DNA of 64,000 nt. Source: the human T2T-CHM13v2.0 reference genome, Homo sapiens. A program made the translations under genes and the position numbers. Position 1 is the first letter of the stretch, and each line of letters starts with the position of its first letter. Shown here piece after piece: positions 54,472 to 64,000 of this stretch. The notes beneath the pieces were generated by a model. It was not told where the DNA came from, did not search any database, and was given only the letters and a program-made list of their open reading frames with translations. Location of the stretch: NCBI RefSeq assembly GCF_009914755.1, contig NC_060932.1. One strand, 5' to 3'.

Positions 54472-54520
54472 CTGAGGGCATTTGTTCTTCCAATGTCCTA
54501 TTTCTTTACAATAAGCACCA
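50201..54520 (-). mobile_element. HERV-E provirus remnant: gag 3' end, pro, pol, deleted env, 3' LTR; 5' LTR and most of gag lost
   Basis: Protease FLLDTSAEH; RT LLQYVDDL; RNase H TSAQKSELIAL...YTDSQYAF; integrase PGIQAYGAAPF and GITWKLHAAYQPQCSG. Multiple frameshifts and stops. Confidence 0.93.
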
Positions 54521-54979
54521 GAGTTTGCTAATTGCTGGAACAAGCAATCCCCAAATCTTAGGCATGCTGAAAGGGGAAGAGGAATTGTGGCATTTTACAT
54601 CTATTACCACAAAGAATTGCAATGCCAGATTAGTCTCTAGATTTCCAAGAGGCCTTACTCAAAAGCTAGATGTACTGTTTCAGCCCAGATCCTGGGTGAC
54701 ACACAAGTCTGCTGGCTTTGTGTGAGGCTGCAAGCAGGAAAAGGCTCTGCAGCAGTCGAGGCTGGCCCTGACATTCAGACCATACAATAAAGTAGACCCT
54801 GAGTTGGTAGAGATGTCAATGGTGGGAAAAGGGTACGTTGTAAAGTTTGTGGCAAACCCCCATGGGGAAAAATAACACTGCAGATCCACAGGGTTCTAGA
54901 CGAAGTCATGTCTGTTTCCAGCACCACACAGAGCTGTCCTGACAAAGTAAAGTAATGGCCTGCCATACTCAGAATTAAC

Positions 54980-55078
54980 AGACTGGGTAACTTACTAAGG
55001 AAAGAGGTTTAATTGACTCACAGTTCAGCATGGCTTGGGAGGCCTCAGGAAACTTACATTCATGGCAGAAGGTAAAGG
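54980..55078 (-). mobile_element. ~99-bp THE1 fragment, near-identical to 56315-56411
   Basis: AGACTGGGTAACTTACTAAGGAAAGAGGTTTAATTGACTCACAGTTCAGCATGGCT is identical in both places. Confidence 0.9.
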
Positions 55079-55590
55079 ACATGGAACTGAAGCACTAGCT
55101 TGGAGGTGATGCTGCAGGTGGGTGCTGTCAACCAGGATGTAGAAATGCATGCTCAGTTTTGAGAACTCTTTATGGCCTTCTACTCCAGTAGAAAGCACGC
55201 ATGATTCTGGAAACGAACAGATAGAAATAGGTGTAGCCCCACTTACCGTCATCCCCTATGACTCATGGGAAACTTTGTGCTTACCTTCTCTAACTCTGTG
55301 ATCTGCAGGATTGGAGATCCCAATCCCAATGGGAGGGTTTATTCTTGCCAAGGGACAGAACAAGAGTCCCATTGAAGTATAAGCTATGACAACAGCCCAG
55401 GTAGTTTGGACTGACATCCAGGGACAATCAGGCAAGGATAGGTATCACCAGGATGATGGGAGGTGACTGCTCTGACCATCAGGTACAGGTAGAACTGCAA
55501 TTATAAGGAAGAAAGGGAGGGAAACGTGTGTTTCTCAGGTGATCTACCTGGAGACTCTTTTGTAGTCGAAAGACTACAAAAGTCTCTCCT

Positions 55591-55757
55591 CTTTGAGAGG
55601 AGTCAAATGTGAAAGCTACTGATTAGATTAGAGGAATGTGTTTCCATGATGACCTTGTCCAATGAAGTCAGGATTCTTCTAGGTTAGCTTCATTTTTCTG
55701 TATTTCACTATCACTACTCACAGTAGCAGAGCCCATAGAGAAGGACAAGTGCCTCAG
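55591..55757. repeat. 167-bp direct duplicate of 56893-57059 (8 mismatches by hand count)
   Basis: CTTTGAGAGG...GGACAAGTGC(C/T)TCAG occurs twice, ~1.3 kb apart; this copy interrupts ERV-L sequence. Confidence 0.95.
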
Positions 55758-56277
55758 TCACCCACTTATGCTGGTGAGTGGACAAGTACAATGATCCAGC
55801 CTGAGAAAGGTTTGACCACCAGAGGCTCACACCTCTCAAAGGTGAGGATGAGCTCATACCACCTAAGCCAGTAACTCCAGTAGAAGCTGTGGCTGAGGGT
55901 CAGAGGAAATTCAAAGTGGAGGAGGGAGACTGGGTACCAATGTGGCTTTGAGACCAATTGCTTTGACATGGGCTGTAGCGTGGCCCACTAGAGCCCATGA
56001 AAAGCTGATCTCCCCCCCCCACCACACACACACCATAGCTGAGACTGTGTGAAGGTGCCACTCTGTCCTTGGCTTGATTTGCATCATACTGTGGCCAACC
56101 TGATTCAGATTTCCTGGAAGAATTTCTGCTGATGGTACATAAGAACTCTGGGAATGATGTTCCTCTGTCTTCCTTGGAAGAATATCAGTATACTTACAGA
56201 GGTCTAAAGATCCCTGGCTCCTCTTCAGTAGGCAAATGTCTATCCTACCCACTCTACAGAAAGAATGCTAATCTGTC

Positions 56278-56646
56278 TGTATTAGTTTTTCACACTGCTA
56301 TAAAGAATTGCCTGAGACTGGGTAACTTACTAAGGAAAGAGGTTTAATTGACTCACAGTTCAGCATGGCTGGGGAAGCCTCAGGAAACTTAATCATGGCA
56401 GAAGGTGAAGGGGAAGTGAGGCACCTTCACAAGGCAGCTGTGAAAGGAGCAGTGCCGAGTGAAGCGGGAAAGAGCCCCTTTTAAAACCATCAGATCTCGT
56501 GGGAACTTGCCATCACAAGAACAGCATGGAGGAAACCACCCCCATGATTGAATTACCTTTACCTGGTCTCACCCTAGACACATGGGGATTATGGGGATTA
56601 CAATTCAGGATGAGATTTTGGGTGGGGACACAGCCAAACCATATCA
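56278..56646 (-). mobile_element. Solo MaLR LTR, THE1C/D-like
   Basis: TGTATTAG...CAGCCAAACCATATCA termini; 5-bp TSD CTGTC at 56273-56277 and 56647-56651. Confidence 0.95.
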
Positions 56647-58041
56647 CTGTCCCATAAAATGAGTCTTACCCAGCTTTTGGAAGGATGTGTGTTCTTGGTG
56701 AGGCTCAGAAAAGGTACATCCATGGAGAGGTAACTCATGGCTCTGTAAAAGAATGGATGTAATTGAAGGTTTAAGTACTTAGAGCAAAAGCCAAAGAGGA
56801 CCATTTTCCAGACTGAGTTGCTTTCCCTAGGCATCCTGGAATTTGGAGTGAGATGTTTTTTGTGGCATGTGTGCATCTTTTCATGGGCAGACCTTTGAGA
56901 GGGGTCAAATGTGAAAGCTACTGATTAGATTAGAGGAATGTGTTCCCACGGTGACCTTATCCAATGAAGTCAGGATTCTTCTAGGTTAGCTTCATTTTTC
57001 TGTGTTTCACTAGCACTACTCACAGTAGCAGAGCCCATAGAGAAGGACAAGTGCTTCAGAACATACAAGCAGCTCTCTTACAATGGAGAGAAAGTCCTTA
57101 CTGACTCTTGGAAAGACTTTCATTGGAGCAGGTCTTCACTGGACTCCCCTGACATCAATGCAGGGTGAGGGCTGCTTCCTGATACTTGCACCACCAGATC
57201 TCCATGTCCTGGGATGATCCCACATACCCAGTTCACTGGACACAGACCAGAGGGGACTCCAGAAGGCATAACAAATAAAGGAGCATTCTCAGAGTCAAAA
57301 GCCTTCAGGCAGAGAAGGGCCCGTAGAAGTTTGTGCTGAGATGCTGGCATGAGATAGTGCTCAGAAGAAATGAAGCTGGAGCCTTGGCCTGAATACTCCC
57401 CTATTCCAAGTAGGCAACGGGACTCTACTCCATGTCTTGCTATTCTATGTTCTCCTCCTCCATATATCTGGCTGGAACTTCTCTCCTGAAGCTAGTCTCC
57501 ATATGGCACCTAATGACCACACCATGAGCTCTCTAGCCTCCACACCAGTGAGTGTTGCCTGTTTTGGTGCTAAACCCATGGCTGCAGATATGCTAGGCAC
57601 ATCAGCTAGTCACTGTGGGAATCGGGGCTAAGGCATGCCTTTCGAAGGGAAGGCTTCCTGAGCAGCTGCTTGCTTCTGACATGGACTTGTTCCACTTATG
57701 AGACTTCACAGGATGTCTTATTTATGGTGGCAGAGCATGTTGGTCACAATTTGAACACCTTCTAGGATTTTTTGACCATCTCTGTCTTGGGTGACAAGCT
57801 GGCCTGTTGCTTGTTGTCCTTCTGCATTCAGACCTGGTTGAAACATCATAACATGAAATATGAGATTTGGGTTTCCAGGAAAATGCTGAAGGGGCTACAG
57901 GTGCAGGGTGCAGCTCTTCACAGGATAAGCCTTGACCCGTGAGGACAGAAAACTGAGGGTCCAGGCAGATGCACTTTTGTTTCTCTTCATGGATGACTCA
58001 AAAGTGCAATTACTCATTGTGACCCTTCTAGGCCCAGTGAA

Positions 58042-58113
58042 TGCACCCGTTGAGCAATGTGGATGTCAACTTAGACCTGCACCTGTTGAGCAATGTGGAT
58101 GTCAATTTATACC
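58042..58113. repeat. 36-bp tandem duplication (2 copies, 3 mismatches)
   Basis: TGCACC(C/T)GTTGAGCAATGTGGATGTCAA(C/T)TTA(G/T)ACC x2. Confidence 0.93.
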
Positions 58114-58129
58114 CCCTCAAGACAGGGTA

Positions 58130-58481
58130 GCCAGAATGGGACTGCATTACATTGCTTCTCACCTTTCCTTACATCACCAGCTTCCTCATTCTCACCAACT
58201 TCACCCTCCTAGCTGGGCCCAGAACACAAGGCAGATGATGGGAACTCCAGAGCACAAGTTGCCCTATGAGAGCCCTGCACTGGGCAGAGACGGCCAGGCC
58301 CTAGTACCCACCATGCTCAGTTGTCAGCAGGGCCTTCCCAGGAAGAATATATCCCCAATTCAGAGGCTGAGAACCCTGAAGATGCTGAGAGCTAGAGGCT
58401 GTCAGACAACTGTTCACCTGGAAGGTGAACACATACCTTCTTAAAGGGTGATCCAAGGTGTACACTTCTGTGGCTGTCACA
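58130..58481 (-). mobile_element. LTR33-like ERV-L LTR (3' LTR of the adjacent element)
   Basis: Minus strand begins TGTGACAGCCACAGAAGTGT...GATCACCCTTTAAGA...CTGACAGCCTCTAGCT, matching LTR33 as I recall it. The left boundary is uncertain. Confidence 0.65.
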
Positions 58482-61400
58482 GCCAATCACTTTGTGCCAC
58501 ATGGGTCCATCTCTCCACATGTGCAGAGCATCAGTTTTTGCAGCCACTTGTGGGCCTTTCTTCTGGAGGGTGGTGAGTGGTGGAACCTTAGAATTAAGGA
58601 AGAACAATGGAGGAGGAGGAAGGTGATCACCTCTTGTGGCCCACGATCAACTTCTGGAACCAGGCTATAGTTAATTATTCCAAACTCACTTCTCTGACAC
58701 CTGTATTTCTCTCTGTGGCTTACCTAGACCCTTGTTCTTGAGGGGCCGGAGCCCCTGCTGGCCTTTCTCTCTCAGGCTGGTGTTGCTGTACTCCATTCAG
58801 TCACAGCCAAACAAGGAAGAACCAAGTGTCTCGGAGGGCTAACTGAGTGTGCAGTATCTCCACTCTTCCACCTTGTGTCACAGCAAAACTATCTCATTTT
58901 GACAGGGCCAATGTTCCTACCAAGGTGATGAACCCTTTTCTTGCCTGGTGGTCATAGACACCCTGTACCCCAAAGTATCCAAGCAGCAGCCATGACTTGA
59001 GCTCCCATGGGACCCTTGCCAGGTTCCCTGGCAAGCATGTGCTGCTTTTGAGGAACTCTGCAGAGCTAAGAGCTGCAAGAATAGGAAGCACGTGGTCCCT
59101 CAGGGGGTCACTGCAAGTTATGGCAAGCAGGGCCTTGCCTGTTTCTATCTGTTGACCTTCAGATCCATTCGCCCTCTCTTAGGGGGATGCACCCCACAAA
59201 GCCATCTATTTCACTTCCTATTCCGCATCCAGGAGGATGGCACAATCTTTGCCTAAGGATTGATCTGAGCTAGTGCCTTAGCTTGCACGTCCAGGAGGCT
59301 GTTGTGATGCTCTGAGGCCAACAGTGTCCAGATAGTGCAGCATGTGATGCCACCTGCCAGTCCCAAGAGTCTCCCGCACATCCCTTGCTACAAAGTAACT
59401 CTGATCGTCAGATACGATATTAGCCCATGCTATGGGTCAGGCCATCCAGTAACTCCCTCCACAAAAGCAGTTCTTGCTTAGATGTTCTGATGATAGGAAA
59501 GGCACATCTATGCCCAGAATGTGTGTCCATTAATGTGAGAACAAATTGCTCTCCCCTCAAAGAATCCAACTGAGTATATGTGATTCCAGGCAGCCATCTC
59601 ATCTCCTTGAGGCATGGGGCAATGGCAGGGACTCAAGACTATGTCCACCCTGCCGGCCATAGAGGCTGCAGGAGTTGAGTGGACCATACTTTTGGGCCTG
59701 CATGCAGCCTCTGTCATGGACACCACTGCCTCTGTGTCCACTGTGCCAGTCCTCGGGTGACTGGTAGAGGCCAGCTAACATGTCTAACAGGTTAACAGAA
59801 CGTAACCAATTATGTTAAATGGGTGAACATAAAATTCACCCAATTTAAGTATATAATTTGGGTTTTTAGTATATTCACGAGGCGGTTAAACCATCACCAC
59901 TACCTGACTTTAGAACCCTGTACCCATTGGCATCCTTTACTCCCCTGCCCCAGCTCTAGGTGGGCACTGCTCTACAGTGCCTATGGAGCTGCCAATTCTG
60001 AATAGTCCATGTAAATGGAATCTTACCACATGTGGCCTTTGTCTTGGTTCTTTTGCTCAGCACGTGTCATCAAGGTTCACCCATGCTATAGCACTCACTT
60101 CCCATGGCCTCTGTTGTCGGTCAAGCATGAAGGTAGCCACCCCACCTCTATCCCACCACATATTCTATGTTTGGATTTGATGGTGGCTTTTGAACAAGAA
60201 GTGCTTTTTTTCCGTGTCTCGTGGCAGAAGCACAAAAGACCTGCAGAGCTGGCTTCCTTCTCAGTTGGAAGCCTCTCCCAAAATAAATCAAAGTGAGTCT
60301 GTGACCTCGGCAGACTTCAGGCATCTTCCAACGACAAGATGTCACCATGGCAGAACCTTGATTTGTTACTCAAAGGCAAAAAGTGGCAATTATTCTTCCA
60401 TTGCCTACTGATGTCCGGAGATGGAAAAGCCACAGGCTTTTGGAACTCTCAACTAAAGGTCTTTGTAGCACAAGCCAAAGAAATCCATTTTAGGTCCTAA
60501 ACAGCACTACACATTCCTGGGAAGGTACAGGTGCTCTGCGCGGTGTCCTCAGTGGACACGGACTTGCAGTTCAGGTTCTGCATGCTCTGCCCAGTCACTT
60601 CTGCTGTTGGGCATCTGATTCAGGCAGGGGTAGGCAAGAGGTTCAGTGGTGTCCCCAGCTATGAAAACTGTCTTGCAATCAACCACAGATGGTTTTGTGA
60701 GGCTAGAAGCAGCTCCTCTGATCCCAACCAAGTCTGGGCCAGAGGTTCCATTTAAGAAGAAGCAATCATTGCCCTTGATGTTAGTAATAAAAAGGCCATG
60801 AGGTGAAGGCTGCCAGGTAAGGCAGCTGACTGCAGCTGCAGCAGTGTGTAGCAGGTCTACTGTGCTAAGCTTAAAAGTCAGGGGGTGCCATTTCTCCAGG
60901 TAGGAATCCAGGGCATGGCTCTGCTGGCTTCCAAAACAGATGGATTCTCCACCAATGGAGAATCCACAGCCTTTAGCTGCTTCTAGACCACATTTCTCAC
61001 CCATGTCAAACTGTGTAAGGGGTCCTATCTCCAAAGAAAGCAGGTCACCTGCTGGTTCCATGACTCTGAAGGGCAACCAGTCTCCCTAGAGAGAGAAGGC
61101 ACTGCTGTCAATGAAATGTGTCGTGGCTCATCTGAGAGCTGGGCCCTCTAGAGAGGGGCAAAGTCCTTAAATGATCCCCCTACCAAGGGCTCTCCACCCA
61201 AGAGCAGAGCTCTGACTGCTGCTGAAATAACCCAAATCTGACCACTGACTGAAGGAGAAGTCAGTGGGGCAGCCTGGTCTGGAAGGAAGGTTCTCCCTTA
61301 GAATTGGACTTTAAGAGGTTAAGATTCCCCGAGTTCACATAGACTTGACCCTCTGCGTTGTTACCTTCCTTCTTTGCCTGCCTCACATGTGCCTTTAGGT

Positions 61401-62850
61401 GCTCAAGAGGTAGGGAGGGCACATCTGGTGTGGTGGGTCTGATCTCTTTTAGCCTGGTTATCTTTTCTTGTATGGCCTTCAATTTGGTGACCCTAATCAT
61501 CCATGATAGATGTTTAAGAGAAAGTCGCAAAGACAAACTGGCAATTTTTCTTCAATCCCATCCCACTAGCTTTCAGTTTCTGATGGGTTCCTTTGTACAG
61601 ATGTGGGTGTGGGAAAAAATGTATCCTTTGTAATGTAAAAGATGAAATGATATGCCATTTACCTGAAATTAGTGTTTCCTTTAAGTGTGTCTGAAGTTGT
61701 AGCCTAAAACTATTGTATCAGGAATAAGTACCATTTATTTCATATACATAATCATTCTATCAATAGAAACATAATGTAAAGCTATTAAAATGTCCCCAGT
61801 ATCCTGACCTTTCCTTCAGCCCCCAGTGGAATAGAAGCCATGATTTGGAAGGTGCTAGAAGCACCAGCTCCTGGCTACAGCAGACATGCCCTGCTTCTAC
61901 ATCTGTGTCCTTCATCCCCTCATGTCTCTAGCCTCCAGTGACACTTGAGGGATAAGGGGGCAAGGCTTGCCCACTGCAGACCCATCTCAGTCCCAGTCAT
62001 TTCCCTCCCAGGGAGAGGGGACCAGATCCTCATGAAGATGCTGTTTGGGGCATGAGAAGAGTATCTCTTAGCCTTTATTAGATCCTAGGGAGACAGAACG
62101 CTATGTCTGACCTCCTCTGTAGGAAGTTAGAGGCATCTTCTATCTGGAGTTCCACTTATTCTTTCCCAGCCCTTAGGGCATTGAACTGGAGGGCAGTAGG
62201 GCAATTGGGAGGGTAGGGTGCGGTGGAAGTCTGACTCTTAGCATTCCAGCAGTGGAGCTGGCCTGGGAGTGGTGGCCCAGTTGCCCATTCAGTCTTGCTA
62301 TGGTGCTCATCTGGTTGGGGCCCGGTCTTAGTGGTGCTCCAGAAACCTGGAGAACCTAGAAGGGCTGCAGACCTGTTCTCTCATTGCTCTGCTGGAGAGT
62401 GTTGAAGGAAACAATTGATATCTTGGTTACTTGCTGAGGAATCTAGTTTAAGATCAGGGGAAGGTTCTTAGGCTGTGGCTAGGAAATGAATGTAAATCCC
62501 TGTGTCTTGGTTCCAAGCTGGATACTGCAGACAAAGCCCATGTGGAGTTCCTTGGCTGGTATCTGGAGGTGAAGGAGGATGGATCCTAGATCAAGTTGCA
62601 TAAGTGAAATTATCATGGGGGGTGACTGTAGCCTACAGCTGATCTCTTGAAAGGCCTCCTCTATAAGAAAATAGAGCCCAGGTGAATTTTGTTCACATCA
62701 AATGTATTGATTCTTATAAATACTGAAGCATCCTAGAAAACTCTTCCAAGAAGCTGTTCTTACCTTGTTGATATCTCCTGGATGTTTTTGGAGGACAAAC
62801 TTTCTTGTTCTCTTTTCATTTTCTTTTTTTTCACCCTTTTGTTTGTTTTA
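58482..62850 (-). mobile_element. Decayed ERV-L internal region (gag-pro...integrase)
   Basis: Integrase RGEQFVLTLMDTHSGHRCAFP (ORF 59420-59602); protease DTAQSTCTFPG at ~60530 (cf. DTGSELTLIPG); gag end CLNQMPN...EPEL (cf. PLNQFPD...DPEPL) in ORF 60549-61076. Gag-like LEGP, PDQA and QPRNST...WN lie further upstream. Confidence 0.7.
59810..60090 (-). mobile_element. Old L1 (L1MB/ME-like) 3' fragment
   Basis: CATAAAATTCACCC...TTTTTAGTATATTCAC...ACCATCACCACTA...GTAAATGGAATC...TCAAGGTTCACCCATG. Confidence 0.8.
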
Positions 62851-63269
62851 TTGACAAATCCTGGCTTGGAACTCTTCAGTTCTGCTTGACTCTAGGTGGT
62901 TCTTCTCCTTCTTTATTTTCTCCAAAACTATGAGGCCAGACACCACCCCAGGGCTTCAAGGAGTACCTTTGAAGGGTTGCTTAGTGTCCAAATTCATACC
63001 ACATCACAGTGGGCTTCTCCACCAAGGGATGGGGGTGTCTTCAACCTTAGATGCTATTTCTGCATGTTTTCCTGTGACTTCTCTAGCTGGAGTCCAACCC
63101 TGGTGCTTCTCCTTCCTCCTCCCCAGGCATTTTCTACTCTTAGGTACTTTTCCCTGGATTTCTTCTCTGGGGCTGCTGCTTTATCTCCTTTGCTGACTTT
63201 CTTTCCACCATGTTCCTTTAAATGGTGGATTCTAGACTTTCCTCCCAGGATGCACGGTCTGCCTGGGTA

Positions 63270-63720
63270 TAATATCTATCCCACCCATTTCTAATTTGTA
63301 CACCCCCAGACCAAGTCTTTACTGAGTTCCAGACCCATGTACACATCTGCATATTTGAATGTTTCCAGTTCTTTCCAACCCAATTTGCCCTAAATGAATT
63401 GCATGTTCTTTCTTCCCAAACCTGCTCTTTCTCCCTTATCCTTTTGTCTCTCTCCAGTGGTGCCCTGCACCCAGATGATCAAGCCGAAAATCCTCTACTT
63501 GACTCTTCACTAACCCCACCATTCAAAAAAATCTAACCCATCACCAAATCTGGGTTATTCCAATTATAAACCTCTTGAATTTAACTATATTCATTCAGCT
63601 CTACTGCTTAAATCCAGGTTCAAACCAACTTGACCCCTTCTCCCTGTTGACTACAGCAGTACCCTAACCTAATTCCCACCTTCTAGGCTTACCTCCTTCT
63701 AACCCTTGATTCTCCCTGCA
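63270..63720 (+). mobile_element. L2 LINE fragment
   Basis: TGAGTTCCAGACCCATGT...TTCCCAAACCTGCTC...TGACTCTTC...ATCACCAAATC. Confidence 0.7.
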
Positions 63721-63814
63721 TGGGTTCTGGTCATAGCTATGTTCCATTTCATTTCACCTTGTACGTACCTGCCCTTTTTCTGATCCTGTCAAAGTACAGG
63801 GAAGAATGTAAAAT

Positions 63815-63930
63815 TTGTAGTTGCCTGAGTTCAAATCCTACCTCTGCCTTATTAAATAAGACCTTGGACATGTGTACTTAGTGTTTCTGTATCTGCTTCA
63901 TTATCTTAAAACCGATAACCCTCAAAACAA
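63815..63930. mobile_element. MIR fragment
   Basis: CCTGAGTTCAAATCCTACCTCTGCC...GACCTTGGACA core. Confidence 0.7.
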
Positions 63931-64000
63931 CCCTAGGAGTCAATTCATTTACATGTGACTGTTAGTTTCCTATGCTGCTGCTTTAGAAATGTTCAAAATG

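Larger units (their letters stand above)
47700..56100 (+). mobile_element. ERV-L internal region (gag-pro-pol to 3' end), interrupted by HERV-E and two templated inserts
   Basis: Gag end LTQFLDL...DPEPIN* (~49115-49170); TQPFQGLL; RT ORF 49625-50035 TSPFLLPVFPPQK...LAAVPDIALLLAQI. Resumes at ~54520 with VTHKSAGF...KQEKALQQ; integrase C-terminus GVAPLTVIP (~55230). Confidence 0.88.

Noticed and set aside
57932-58444. 170-aa plus-strand ORF with a repeated APVEQCGCQ motif
   Set aside because: The peptide repeat comes from a 36-bp tandem duplication, and the rest is antisense LTR33-like sequence.
60200-61630. Plus-strand resemblance to the FBXO34 N-terminal half (processed pseudogene)
   Set aside because: Spacing is inconsistent and the conserved core is missing. 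The minus strand fits ERV-L gag-protease, colinear with the adjacent integrase and LTR.

Overview
Primate, probably human, non-genic DNA (AluS, THE1, HERV-E/LTR2, MLT2A, L1MA present). I find no credible protein-coding gene, RNA gene or prokaryotic system, and nearly all listed ORFs are chance frames or pieces of retroelements. Three layers of structure stand out. (1) About 4.9-42.9 kb is an ancient, diverged, head-to-tail triplication of a ~12-13 kb unit; it can be dated by insertions that are shared between units or specific to one. (2) Much of the apparently unique sequence, inside and outside the triplication, translates with stops and frameshifts into colinear class III (ERV-L-type) gag-pro-pol remnants. 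Almost all lie on the minus strand, with at least five minus-strand copies of the RT 'QEKAL' region and one plus-strand copy. A long plus-strand transcript would therefore be a concatenated antisense ERV-L archive, so I propose a piRNA-cluster-like locus. This is inference and needs small-RNA data. (3) There is a striking concentration of micro-inversions, snap-back hairpins and locally templated insertions. Family assignments come from by-eye comparison with consensus motifs as I remember them, not from a database search. Boundaries of old elements are approximate (about +/-50-200 bp).
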